A stretch of 32,000 nt of DNA from Wallemia ichthyophaga EXF-994 (Eukaryota; Fungi; Basidiomycota). Position numbers and translations under genes: made by a program. How positions within the stretch are numbered: the first letter of the stretch is position 1; each line of letters opens with the position of its first letter. The DNA lies in NCBI RefSeq assembly GCF_000400465.1, contig NW_008806292.1, positions 120,001 through 152,000 of the forward strand, written 5' to 3'. Positions 9,855 through 22,000 of this stretch are shown in pieces. The notes beneath the pieces are model-generated. The model saw only the letters and a program-made list of their open reading frames with translations. It had not been told where the DNA came from and ran no database searches.

Positions 9855-12351
9855 ATGACCAGCGTTATAGAAAGATCAAGGGGATTTGGACACTCCAGAT
9901 CAAATTCGCGTTCTCATTCCCATTCCGAGGAAAGGCAGTGGGAGACTGTCCAAGCTAAAAGTCCGTGTCCGTTTTCAGTGGATTTCCCAGTTACCTGATA
10001 CCCCACAGCTTTCATGAAATGGCTCAATACCAAACTGGAAGCTTGCAGTATTGAGCCAATGACTGATCTCGCTCGAGATCTGAGCAATGGCGTTAGACTG
10101 ATTCAACTTATGGAGATAATGGGTACGCGGCGTTGAAGTGTGAAAAACCCACTAAGCAGAGCCGCAGGTGACGTGAACCTTGGTAGATACAACGTCAACC
10201 CTCGTATGCGCGTACAGAAAGCCGAGAACGTCACCAAAGCACTCGACTTTATAAGGTCGCGAGGGATCGTCTTGACGAATATTGGTCCGGAAGGTACGTC
10301 TCTGTGTTTTCGTTACAACTTACCCATCCTCACAATTTTCACAACTTCAGACATAATGGATCAGAATTTGAAGCTAATTTTGGGCATGATTTGGACATTG
10401 ATTTTGAGATTTACTATTGCAGAGATTAGGTGGGTCTTGGTTTCTGTTAGCAGCACAACTAAAACGTGTTTCTAGTGAGGAAGGTCTCCAAGCAAAGGAA
10501 GGATTGCTGCTTTGGTGTCAAAGAAAGACAGCGCCATATCAAGATGTAAACGTGGAGAATTTTACAAGCAGCTGGGTGGATGGCTTTGCATTGTGTGCTT
10601 TGATACACTGTCACAGACCCGATCTTCTCGATTATCACGCCCTAGATCCCGTTGATAGGTTCAGTAACACGAAACTCGCATTCGACATCGCGGAGCAGCA
10701 CCTAGGCATACCAGTGAGTTAATCTGTGCTATGTTTATCTCCCCACTAAGCACCTCACCACAGCAACTATTGGATGTCGAGGATCTGTGCACACGACCAG
10801 ACGAGCGTTCAACCATGACATATGTCGCATCGTATTTCCACGCCTTCTCATCAATGGATCGTCAAGAGACGAATGCCAGACGCGTAGCAGCATTTGCTGA
10901 CGTCATGGCTAGTGTATGGCAGGCATCCAATCGGTACGAAGTCAAGGTCAGAGCTTTGTTGTGGTCGCTCGAGCAGTTAAAAATTGAGTGGGGGAGCTCT
11001 CCGCCTGCAGACAGCTATGCAGATGTCAAGCTCCAGAGTGGCCAACTAGCAGAACACAAAAAGACAACAAAGAGAACTTATGTTTCTGAGAAGGCTGACT
11101 GTACCGCATTGTTTGGCAACATTCAGACAAAATTAAAGACTTATAAACTTCGTCCGTACGACCCTCCAGTCGGGGTGCGTTTAGTTGTGGGTTGTGACTT
11201 TCAAAGTTGGGTTTTGCTCACATCACTGCTTTCTAGGATCTTGACGAGAAATGGGCGATGATGGCTGAAGCTGAAGCAAACAGATCAAGAGCTATCAATG
11301 CTCGTATCAGAGATATCAAAGAGCTTTTGCGCAGGTCGTTTGCACAAGTAGCTAATTCTTTCGAGAGGTCCTTGTCTCGGATCACTGTTGCTATCGGTGA
11401 GCTGGACGGTAAATTAGAAGTGAGTTTTGTGCTTTATTGAAAATGCTGCTAATAATGCTCACAACACCTTAGTCACAGCTCACAATAGTAAAGGAACTTC
11501 AAGCAAAAATGGAACCACTGGCTCAACAGCTTCACGGCGGTTTGTACCTATTGGAGAGGGATTGTTTGGAAGCAAACATCGAAGAGAATGACTATACCAT
11601 CTTTTCTTTCGATGATCTTGAATTTGAGTTTGAGCTAGTGCAGCTTAATTTGAAGAACAAGTTTGCGTTCCTCGAGAACCAGGTGAGTGTACTTTGCTTA
11701 TTAAAAGCGTTGCAACATCTAATGACACCATAAGATCGTTTCTAGAGAGGCAAGCAATGTGACACCCGATAAGCTTGAAGAGTTTGGTACGTCGATGTCG
11801 TCAGGAACTCTTATGATCACATTCTTACGCAATGCAATCCACAAAAGAAAGCACATTCAGGTACTTTGATAGAGATGACAGTAATTGCCTTTCATATGGG
11901 GAATTTGGAGCAGCACTCGCAAGTCTTGGTATTACGTATCCAGTGTGTCAGATTATAAAAAGGCGGTCAAGTGAGCTAACAATCGATGTCAGGAGGATGA
12001 AATGGTAGAGATACACGATATGCTAGCAAAGGAGAGTGAACTGGATGGATATGTCAGTTTCAGGGAGTTTGTGAGGTACATGGTGGAGATAATGGAGGAC
12101 AGCACGGACAAGGATCAAGTGAGAGAGGCATTTGAAGGGGTGTCTGGGAACAAAGTGGGTGTGTAGACGAAGCAATGCGCCTAGCTCACTTTATTAAACA
12201 GCCATACGTGACGGAAGTGGATATCAAGCTATCAGCGTTGGGGGGACAGACGATGGAAAGCCTCAAGACGCAGCTGCCAGTGATTGAGGAAGATGGCGAA
12301 GAAGGATACGTGTATGACTATAACAAGTTTTTGGATGAACAATTCATGTAA
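9855..12351 (+). CDS. Alpha-actinin-like actin cross-linker (two CH domains, spectrin-like rod, C-terminal EF hands), 11 introns
   Basis: 'ETVQAK|[10 protein letters not shown]', '[14 protein letters not shown]', 'RVQKAENV', '[13 protein letters not shown]', '[13 protein letters not shown]', '[19 protein letters not shown]', '[10 protein letters not shown]', ending '[12 protein letters not shown]'. Confidence 0.92.
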
Positions 12352-12394
12352 ATTCTTTCAACCCGAACGACGATCAAAGAGACGGCGAATGGGA

Positions 12395-12421
12395 CCACAG
12401 CCACAGTCACAGCAACAGCAA
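12395..12421. repeat. Short imperfect hexamer microsatellite (CCACAG/TCACAG/CAACAG) just downstream of the alpha-actinin stop
   Basis: ccacag ccacag tcacag caacag caa. Confidence 0.5.
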
Positions 12422-12669
12422 TTAAGAATAACTGATAATTTTAGAGTTGTAAAGCAGGAGTGAGTTTAGACTGATTTCCATTTTAGTAACATTCCTCATT
12501 TCCTCATCCTGTTTGAAGATTACAGCCATCATCTACTAGCACTAGCCTCCACTGTACAACGCCCAAGCCAAAGAGAAAGTACACAAAGCGTAGCTCTTGG
12601 TGGTCACAGAGAAAGACTCAGTCAACTCCCACGAAATCTTTGCTCCCTCCGCTTGAATTAGACGACGAT

Positions 12670-13654
12670 ATGTCCAGGCCATCCACTTCGACCGCCGCCT
12701 CGATGGCAGCCGTGGCTACACCACAGAATCTTTATAGTCACAGTCCTTCACGCTCTCACACGCATACAAACTCCCACACGAGCAACTTGGAGCCTCAATT
12801 CGTTAAAGGCAAAGGAAGAATGCTCGTTCGTAACATGGAGAGACCTCCCCTTTATCATAATCATAGCTTTTCTCCAGTAGGAGCACCAGCAACATCACTC
12901 GCTCCTCCAGCTACACCGCAATTTCTGGTAAACTACATGTCCGACGATGAAGAAGGACCTAATGACAAATTAAAAGTCAATCATGACGCTAAATCAGCCC
13001 TTATACGTAAACGCCGACAACTGCGCAAAGCTAGATCCGAAATGACCCTATCAAAGACAAAGAAGCATAAGTTATCTCCAAAAACGCCTGAACTCGCTCC
13101 AACGGCAACCTATCATGACAGGTTCATTCATGGTTTACCGTATGCTAGGAATGCTAATAATTTGTTCTTTGGTTTACAGCCATCACCACCTGTCTCATTC
13201 AATGAAAGCCACTTACCATCACCGACGATGGCCACACCAGCTAACTTGATGCAATCAACAAGAAAATCCAAGCTGAGCAGTGGTTTAGGTATAACACCAC
13301 GTTTAGCGTTGGATGATATGACTGATGACCAATGGAGACATCAGAATATGTTTTCATCTCCAACTTTTGGTGAGTTTGGAGTATTTATAGGTTTACCTGG
13401 TCTCACGAATTCATCTAGGTGTTGAACATCAATCACCAGTCAAACTTACACCCCAGTTTCAGACATCGCACGCGTTCATCAATGCCATGTCCACGTCGTC
13501 CTCGATACCACCACCGCTTAACTACTCAAGCTCGTCTGCAGAGCATTCGATTATTATGACACCATCTAATTTCAACGACAGTCCATCTAAACGAAAATTG
13601 TTCAATGATTCAAATGACGTGTTCGATATTGAGAATGCAATTGAAGAGATGTAA
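12670..13654 (+). CDS. Uncharacterised Ser/Thr/Pro-rich, probably disordered protein (1 intron near 13370-13420)
   Basis: 261-codon ORF, then GTGAGT..CTAG intron and an in-frame last exon ending 'ENAIEEM*' (TAA 13652-13654). No family motif recognised; start codon uncertain. Confidence 0.7.
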
Positions 13655-13797
13655 AGACCTATTATTTATTTTTTATATTCTTTGAATCCTGTACACGACT
13701 TTATATTTTAATTTATTTTTTATTTTTGGCTCAAAGATATTACTTGACGTTGAACTGACTCCTAACGATAGCTTTACCTTATACAGTATAAATCAAA

Positions 13798-14361
13798 ATG
13801 GTAAGGGCTTTAATACGCGTGATAAATCTCGTTGACACTGTGATAGTCATCAGGTGTACCAGTCGCAGATGAGTGCTTAACCACATTCCAAGATCTCAAA
13901 TTGGGCAAAAAGCACAAGTACATGATACTTAAGATCTCGGATGACTCTACTGCGATTGTTTGTGAAAAGACATCCAACTCTGACAACTACGATGAGTTTT
14001 TGAACGATCTCCCTGAAAACGAGCCACGTTGGGCTGTTTATGATTTCCAATTCACAAAGGGTGATGAAGGTACTCGTAATAAGATTCTCTTTTATGCTTG
14101 GTGGGTTTTTAGTTGATTAGCTTTTGATTCCGCTAATTTCGATGGATTCAGGGCTCCAGATACTGCCAAAGTTAAACCAAAGATGATGTACGCTTCATCA
14201 AAGGATGCCCTTAGAAGTAAGTTGAATGGCATCCATTTCGACATTCAATGTACAGATTCCACTGAATGCGCTTTCGATACCGGTGGGTTTACTCATAAGC
14301 AAATAAAACCAAAGCTGACTTCAGCCCCACAGTCATGGACAAGGTTTCAAAGGGTGCTTAA
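13798..14361 (+). CDS. COF1: Cofilin / actin-depolymerizing factor (3 introns; first coding exon is only ATG)
   Basis: M|[25 protein letters not shown]..'[13 protein letters not shown]', 'RNKILFYAW|[21 protein letters not shown]', ending V-MDKVSKGA*. Confidence 0.95.
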
Positions 14362-15213
14362 GGGAATACCACAGCTAGTTTGAATATTAGTAGAGTCTTT
14401 GTTGTTTTCAAATTTATGTAAAATTCAATCTAAATATGCCAATTCTTATCAATAGACGTTGTGAGTATTTGCAGTTGGCTTATGAGTTGATGATAGTCTA
14501 TTCTGCAATTCAATATGGGCTCAATCTGTCATCTCCACGGATGTTTTAAGTGATTTCACGTAACAAGGTTACGAGGGCAATTACAATTTCAGAATACCGG
14601 AAAATATTGCGTCAACTTCTTGAAAAAGTTAGAATTATAGGTTTTCAATCCTCATCTCATTGTCTACCAAGAGGCTAAAATTTTCAGGGAAGTTTCATCT
14701 AAAACCTGCTACTTGTTTTGACATTGAAAAAGGATGGCACATTAAGGGAATAAGCTTCCCATAAAATGACATCTTAGATAACAAAACCATGATATATTTC
14801 CTTAGATTTTCATAACACCCAATTGCACAGAGAAACACCCCTTTTATTACAATTCAAAAGGCTCGCACTAAACGAATACGTAAACGCTTCAGACTTTCAA
14901 ATGTTTTACCTTCGCGTGTGAGATATCCTCAAGTGCTTGTACCTGCTTGTTTACGTATAGCAGTATTTAACCTCAAGCTGCACAGCGATATGTATTAGTA
15001 CAACGGCTATTCTCATCGCGTTACCTCCTCTTCGACTTCTCAGCCTCATTCCGAAATGGACATATGCCGAACACACATTCCAAAAGATAGAGAAACTCAA
15101 TCTACATGCGGCTCTACGATAAAATGTTCTCAGGCCTCCATTTCCCCCTTCCTCAATATTTTCGCACTTTGGAATCTACTCATGTCCGTGTCTTCCTTTC
15201 AAACCATCACAAC

Positions 15214-18200
15214 ATGGACGCCGCACAGCTCCAGCAACTCTTCCAGTCCACTTATTCTCCGGATGTAAACGTTCGTAAAAGCTCTGAGCTCCAGCTCCGT
15301 AGCTTGGAAGCTGAAGAAGGTTTCCCGACTGCAACTCTTCAAATCATCGCGGAAGGAGATGATCTGTGGGTTTTAATGTTTTTCTGAAGACACCCTTTTA
15401 ATTCTCTGAACAGCGCTGTAAAGCAATCTTGCGCTGTCTACCTCAAAAATCGCATCTCTAGAAGCTGGGACATGGATGCAGCACGTTCCCGTCCTAACCA
15501 AACCGTTATCTCACAGACTGACAAAATGTCAATCAAGCAAAACATCCTGCAAGTCTTGGTCGCTTCAACCAGCTCAGCTGTTAGAGTACAAATCGCTCAC
15601 ATTATCGGCACAATTGTGAGCTCGGACGTCCCCGATCACTGGCCTCAATTCCTTGAGATTGTTCTCCAGCTCCTCGTCTCCCACGATGCACGCGAACAGT
15701 TTGCTGGTGAGCTCGCCCTCCATGAAATTCTCAAGGCGTGGAGGTTCAGGACTACAAAGAAGGAGTACATGAAGGAAATAGTTTCAAGAACGTTCCCTAT
15801 TCTCGTTGAAACTGGTAAGAATGTCTTAGCCCAAGACTCAGCCGACGCTGGATCAATGTTGCACATCATTTTCAAGATCTACAAGGCTTCTATTCAACAC
15901 GACCTCAGCGAACACCAGCAGCAATCTATTGTCGTCTGGGGCTCTCTTTTCTTATCCGCAATTAACAAGGAGATTCCAGTTGAGCTTTTGCCTGAAGATG
16001 AGGAGGAGCGTGAACGTAGCCCTTGGTCCAAGGCAAAAAAACACGCTTTCTATTGTCTCAACAGACTCTTTTCTAGATTTGGAAGCCCATCTCAGCTCTC
16101 CTCACGCTCACAAGAGTACAAACCATTCGCCAATACCTTTGTCAACAACTTCGCACCTGAAATCCTCAAGTCATACCTCTCTATAATCGAAAAGAATCGA
16201 ACTCAAGGTCTCTGGCTGTCTAGCAAGTCGAAGTACTTTATCTTCGACTACCTATGTGAATGCATCAAACCTAAGTCCACATGGTCATTACTCAAACCAC
16301 ACGTAACGCAAATCGTTGCAGAATTTGTCTTCCCTCAAGTTATCTTTAATCAGGCTCAGGCGGAGCAGTTTGAGGATGATCCTGTCGAGTTCATCAGAAC
16401 TTCTGTCGATCCTTTGGAAAACTTCAACAGCCCATCTGCAGCTGCAACCACATTCTTGTTGGCACTTACGAGAAATAGAACAAAATCTACCTTTGAAGAT
16501 GTCTTGCACTTTGTCAACAGCGTTCTTACCTCTAGCAAGACTCCTCAGGAAAAATATGGTGCTTTGTCCATCCTGATTGCCCTTGCGCCTATCGTAATGA
16601 GCTCAAAGAAATTCGGTGGAATGATGGAATCAGTCTTTGTTAACCACGTTCTTCCAGAATTTAGCTCCGAATTTGCATTCATGAGACTGATTGCTTGCGA
16701 GATGGTTCAGAAGTACGAAACTTGGGATATCAAGTGGAGTAATAAGTCTAACCTTGAAGCTCACTTCAGAGCTGTAGTGAACGCTTTATCGGATAGTCAA
16801 TTACCAGTCAGGGTTTTAGCTGCATTGGCATTAACAGAACAGATCCAACACCCTGAAGTCAAGGCTGCGATGGCACCAAGTATCGCAAAGATTGTTCAAG
16901 ATCTCTTAAAATTATCTGACGAAATCGATCTCGATATACTTAGCCAAACGATGGAGAGAATTGTTGACGATTTCGGTGATGAGTTGATTCCATTTGCTGT
17001 AGATGTCTCAAGACATCTCGGTGAAACGTATATGAGAATCATGACTGAGCAGCTCAACATCAGAGAAGCAGCTCCTCAAGGTGAAATTGACCAATATGTC
17101 GACGCCGGAGAAGACAAGGTGATGGCGGCTATGGGTGCCATGAAGACACTCCAGCAATTAGTCAGATCTTTAGAGAACAGTCAATCTATCTTGAAGGAAA
17201 TCTCATCCATTTCTACACACTTGGTTGTTTTCACTGTTCAGAATGAGTTCATCGAATTGTATGATGAAGTATTCGAGCTCATCGATTGCTTAACTTTCTT
17301 CATGAGAGCCATCCCTGACGATCTTTGGCCTGTCTTTGAGGCTTTGTACCAATCGTTCAAAGGCTCAGGTGTCGACTATCTCTCTGAAATGTTGCCATCA
17401 TTGGATAACTTTATAAGCTACGGATCTCCTGTGTTCGCGCAAAATCCTACATATAGACAGATGGCGGTTGACATATATGCTACCGCCATGGAATCAGAAC
17501 AGCTTGGCGAACAAGACAGACTTGTTGCTTCTCAATTGATTGAATCTGTTCTCCTTCACTTGCCAGGTCAAGTTGATGATGTAGGTTTGGATTACGATTT
17601 AGATCTGTTCACTTACTGACTGCAATAAAGGCACTCCCACTCATTATCGGAACAGCTATGAAACAACTCGATCCAAAGATCACACGTACAAAGTCACTTC
17701 GTCTCCACCTCCTCGAGACTATTATTAACTCGATCATATACAACCCAGTCATCACCTTATCCATTCTCGAGCAGGCTGGTGCCACTGCTACATTCTTCAC
17801 AACATGGATGTCAAACATCAATCTCTTTAGCAGAGTACACGACAAGAAATTGGTTGTCGTCGGTGTTTGCTCACTTATGCAACTGACAGTAGAGCAAACA
17901 CCACCTTCAGTCCAATCAGGTTGGCCAGCACTGTTTGCAGCATTGTTAGACATAGTTGAGCAGCTCCCTCAAGCTATCAATGAGCGCGACGAGCTTAAAG
18001 AGAGAGCAGGTGAATTCCAAGATGACGAAGAGGAAGACTTCGATTTTGCAGCTGATGATGTTGATGGTGGAGATGACGAGGGTGACATCGTGGATGAGGA
18101 CAACGAGTACCTCGAAGTCTTGGCTGCTGAAGCACAGAGATTGGCTGGAGAGCAGCAGCAGAAAGGCAAGGGCATGGGTGCTGAACTTGGAGAAGACGAT

Positions 18201-18425
18201 TATGACGATGATGACGAGGATCTCGAAGAGGAATTGACTTTCGAGTCACCATTAGACTCTATCGACGTCTTTGTCAGATTCAAGCATCGTCTCACCATCT
18301 TCCAAGCTACCAATCCGGCCGCCGCGACATCTGCAAACGGATCACTTGACCAAGACCGCCAAGTCAAGTTACAGAACGCAATGAATTTGGCTAACGAGCG
18401 TGAAACTCAAGGTTTCTCAGCTTAA
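15214..18425 (+). CDS. Importin-beta family karyopherin, importin-7/8 (Nmd5/Sxm1-like), 2 introns
   Basis: IBN_N-like start ('VRKSSELQL', 'AVYLKNRI..SW'), 'PWSKAKK', 'FEDDPVEFIR', HEAT-like helices, 'RVHDKKL', and C-terminal acidic loops with 'EEELTFESPLD'. Confidence 0.92.
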
Positions 18426-18557
18426 ACAGACATAGTTTGATTATAAAAAACGATATATATATATCCCTAAACATATATTTTAAATAGAAATCAACTTTTT
18501 AATGAATTATTGTTTTAAATGGATAGCCTGAGTGGTGTATAGTCAAATGCAATTAGT

Positions 18558-18923
18558 TTATTCCTGAATCTTTGCGAGGATCTCAGAGTCTCTAAATAAA
18601 TAGTATTCCTGTATCATTTTTAGCTCGAAAAATACATTATAACGCTGACACACCTCCTCGCCAACTTTGATGGAAGAACCTCCCCAGCCTGGCAACAAGA
18701 CCTTGTCGCCAGACTTTACAGAGTTAGGGACATTGTCACCAGTCTTGGAGTCTCTAATACCTGGACCGGTAGCGATGACGGTAGCTTCTGGAAGCGGAGA
18801 TGCAGTTGATGACGAAGGCAAGTACAAACCACTCGCTGTCTTCTCTTGTGGCTTGAAACGCTGCACAAGGATTCTGTCAAGTGTTGGAAGCACGCTCTTG
18901 ATGTTACGAATAGTGGTGGCCAT
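18558..18923 (-). CDS. HSP10: Mitochondrial 10 kDa chaperonin (GroES family), 1 intron
   Basis: 'PTLDRILVQR', 'KTASGLYLP', 'EATVIATGPG', 'VKSGDKVLLPGWGG', '|EYYLFRDSEILAKI'. Confidence 0.96.
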   Translation of the reverse strand: MATTIRNIKSVLPTLDRILVQRFKPQEKTASGLYLPSSSTASPLPEATVIATGPGIRDSKTGDNVPNSVKSGDKVLLPGWGGSSIKVGEEVCQRYNVFFELKMIQEYYLFRDSEILAKIQE

Positions 18924-19078
18924 ATGTGCAGATGAGTTGATAGTCCAAGTCCAAGTGAGTCTTACCAAAGTCAGAAGCTGCTAGAACCCGGAAAAATTTC
19001 CATCCAACAGGTGGACGCTTGCAATTCATTTCACCTGCTTAGCGCAATCGCAGCTTCTTTGTCCACTACCATTGCAAT

Positions 19079-22000
19079 ATGACGCCGCCGCCAGTCAAGC
19101 GTCAGAAGCCCGAGATAGAATTCACGGATGGATTAGACTTTATTACGAAATTCAGCGCTGCTTATAGAGCCTCTGCGCATGAGGGATCTCTCTCCGGTAT
19201 CAAAGATATCTTAAGCGCTTTCAGAAGCGCTATCACAATACCGCAAGACCTTCCTATAACCGATAAGCGCTACAAATTAGTTTTAGATTATCTAAGAAGG
19301 TCTTCCAATGCATCTGAGCTTTTCAGGTGCTGGGAGTTGTGCCATCAGGTCTGTCTTCTTCTTTCGGGATCCAAACCAGCTGATTGGAATCGTAGGACCA
19401 CAAATTAGCTGCAAGTCTCCCCCTCCCTCTCACTACCATTGCTGCTCTCCTCAATGTTGCGGCTTCGCACACTCACTTGCATCCATCTGCATTAGCCATC
19501 CTCAACGAAGCTATAAAATCACAGTCCTTCCTCAGAGATTACATGGGTGATAACAAAAACGACCTTATCTTGGCGTCTCTCAAGCTAACCCTCGCCATGG
19601 CTGAGGCTGCTGGTAGGATTGGCGTGCAGAAGGAAATGCGCACCATTTGGGAGAACTTTGGATGGTCATTTAAGGTAAGTTGAGTATGAACACTCATCTT
19701 TAACTGACTCCGGCCGAAGTTTGTACCAAAATTGCTGAATATGCGCAGAAAGAAGTCCACTGATGGCGAAAACGACCCTATCGGAAAAGCGGGTAGGCAT
19801 CACCATCTATAATCATCAGTGTTCTCACAAATTCGTAGATATTCGTACGCTCTACTTACTTCTCAATATGGTGTTCATTTCACCATCACTCTCCAATCCA
19901 TACCTTATCAACATGCACTTGTCACACAAAGAGATCAACCAGCAACTCTTTAAAGGACTCTCGCAAGATCATTATCTTGTGATACAAAAGTTTCTTAAAA
20001 TTTGGCATGATTGCTGGTCAGACGGTCGTATATCTAGATCTATCAAACTCTCTATCTGGAATGAGCAGACTATTGACCACATATTAAAGCTCTACAACAG
20101 AAATGAAAACGAAGGTGATGATGTGATTGAGCAAATTCCAGCTAAGCTCGTACATGTATATCTCAAATCATTGTGCACAAGACCAGGATTCGCGTTGTGT
20201 TTCAAAGACGATGGTTACTACCCCCGCCAGCAGCAACAGCAGGGCGAGAATATAAGTACCAGCAGACTTTACAACCGTCAATTACTCGGTGTTCTTAAGA
20301 ATCTTCGTATCGGTGACAATGAGCTCAACGCTGATTTGGCCCTGTCAATACTAGCAGCATGTCCGGAGCTGGCATCGCATTACTGGAAACAGTCAAGTTT
20401 GACACTCGAGCCCCGTTTATCATCGAGATGGATCTCCAACATTTCCTACTTAGCATGTGCGGTGTCCTTACCAGTTCCAACTGAATCATTCAAGCAAAAC
20501 GGATTTTACAAGCCATCACCACCACCGTTGAATGGAATGATTGAAGCAATTATCCCGACGATTGTTCAGAAAGCCAACTTTACTAAAGGTTTACACTCTT
20601 CAACTCCAGTGCAACTGGTACAGCACTGCATATCGCTTGCGGTCACAAAAGCCCTTGATAAGCTTGATAGAGTTCAGCAATTGATGCAGGAGGCAGCTGA
20701 TTCGTTAGAAGAGAGCGAGGCAGATGGCCAATGGCACAGACGTCGTAGAGAGTTGTTGCGTGAAGCGATAAAAAGATTGCCTGAGGGTAAAGTTATTGCT
20801 CATTTTGCTGCATCTCAAGAATCATCAAAGAACAAGATGTTGCTGGAAAATTCGCTAAGATTGTTGCATCAGTATCAGTCAGTTATACCGACAGCCTTCC
20901 AAGAATCTCAAATTGATGTATCGAAGTTGCTTTTCTCAGGTGGACTTGCAGATCCTAACCTTGATTCATTTGACTCTTTGAGTCAACTGCACGCGCTTCG
21001 TTTGTTGAAAGGCAGTGATGTATACAATGTCGCTTCGAAAGTCGGGTCAGAGAGTGCATTCAAAGCAATCATGAAACTCAATATCAATACTAAACACGCT
21101 TTTATTAGAAATGTCACTAGTGAGATTGTCTCCAATTTCTTATCGAACAGCGTTTTATTCGAGCACGACAAATCTGAAACTCACCTCTGGCTTTCAAACT
21201 TGAGCGCGGATAGCCTCGATTTCGTTGATAGCTGCATTTTGCGCTGCGTTAAGACACCTTACAGATATTTAGAGCAAATGCGAGAACTTTTAGATAAGGA
21301 GTCTGATGCAGATTTACCTGCTTCACTCCCATCTCCACTTATCTATACTTTACTTGAACAGCTAAGCTATCAAATTTCGAAGAAGCTGCTGAGCGATGAT
21401 AACGCAGCTGAGTTGGCAGGCTATGCTCGTAATCTGATTATCGGACTGGCCGGAAAACAGCCTTCAATTGACGGTATTGTTAAGCGTCTTGTTGACTGGT
21501 TGAGACATATTTGTGACAGTCACGATGGTTCCAATTCCCGCATACAGTCAGATATCATCAAAAGACAAACGAAGGGTCTCACTAAGCCACCAAAGAAGGT
21601 GTCTGGCTTAGATGGGCTCGATCATTCGGACTTACCAGCTCGCATCTATTCTTTAGATCCAGTTGACCAGAATCTATTCGCGTCTGTCAAGTTTGATGGT
21701 ACACAGAGGTATGTTTCTTGTCTCAAGTAAATTAACTGACCGCCTGGCCTAGCTTGATTGAACGTTTCGATTTAGTTGTTCCACATATCACACCAGATGC
21801 CCTCGACGATGTTGTGTCAAGAGACTACATCAAAGAGAGTGCCAAGGCATACTACTCACATGCAAGATCAACTCAATTCCTTGTCCGCAGACTTGGGGAT
21901 GAACGTGGCAGAGATGTTATCATCAGTCTGTTAATTGAGCTTATCAAGTCCGCTGGAAAGAATGAGAAAAGAACTGTCATCGAGACTGTACTGCAATCTC

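Noticed and set aside
14488-14500. TGATGA, a possible C box of a C/D snoRNA
   Set aside because: No suitably placed CTGA D box or terminal stem was found.
18020-18240. Asp/Glu-rich repetitive stretch
   Set aside because: The normal acidic loops of importin-7/8 family C-termini.
18558-18923. HSP10 is not head-to-head with HSP60
   Set aside because: That linkage is not universal (absent in budding yeast), so its absence is uninformative.
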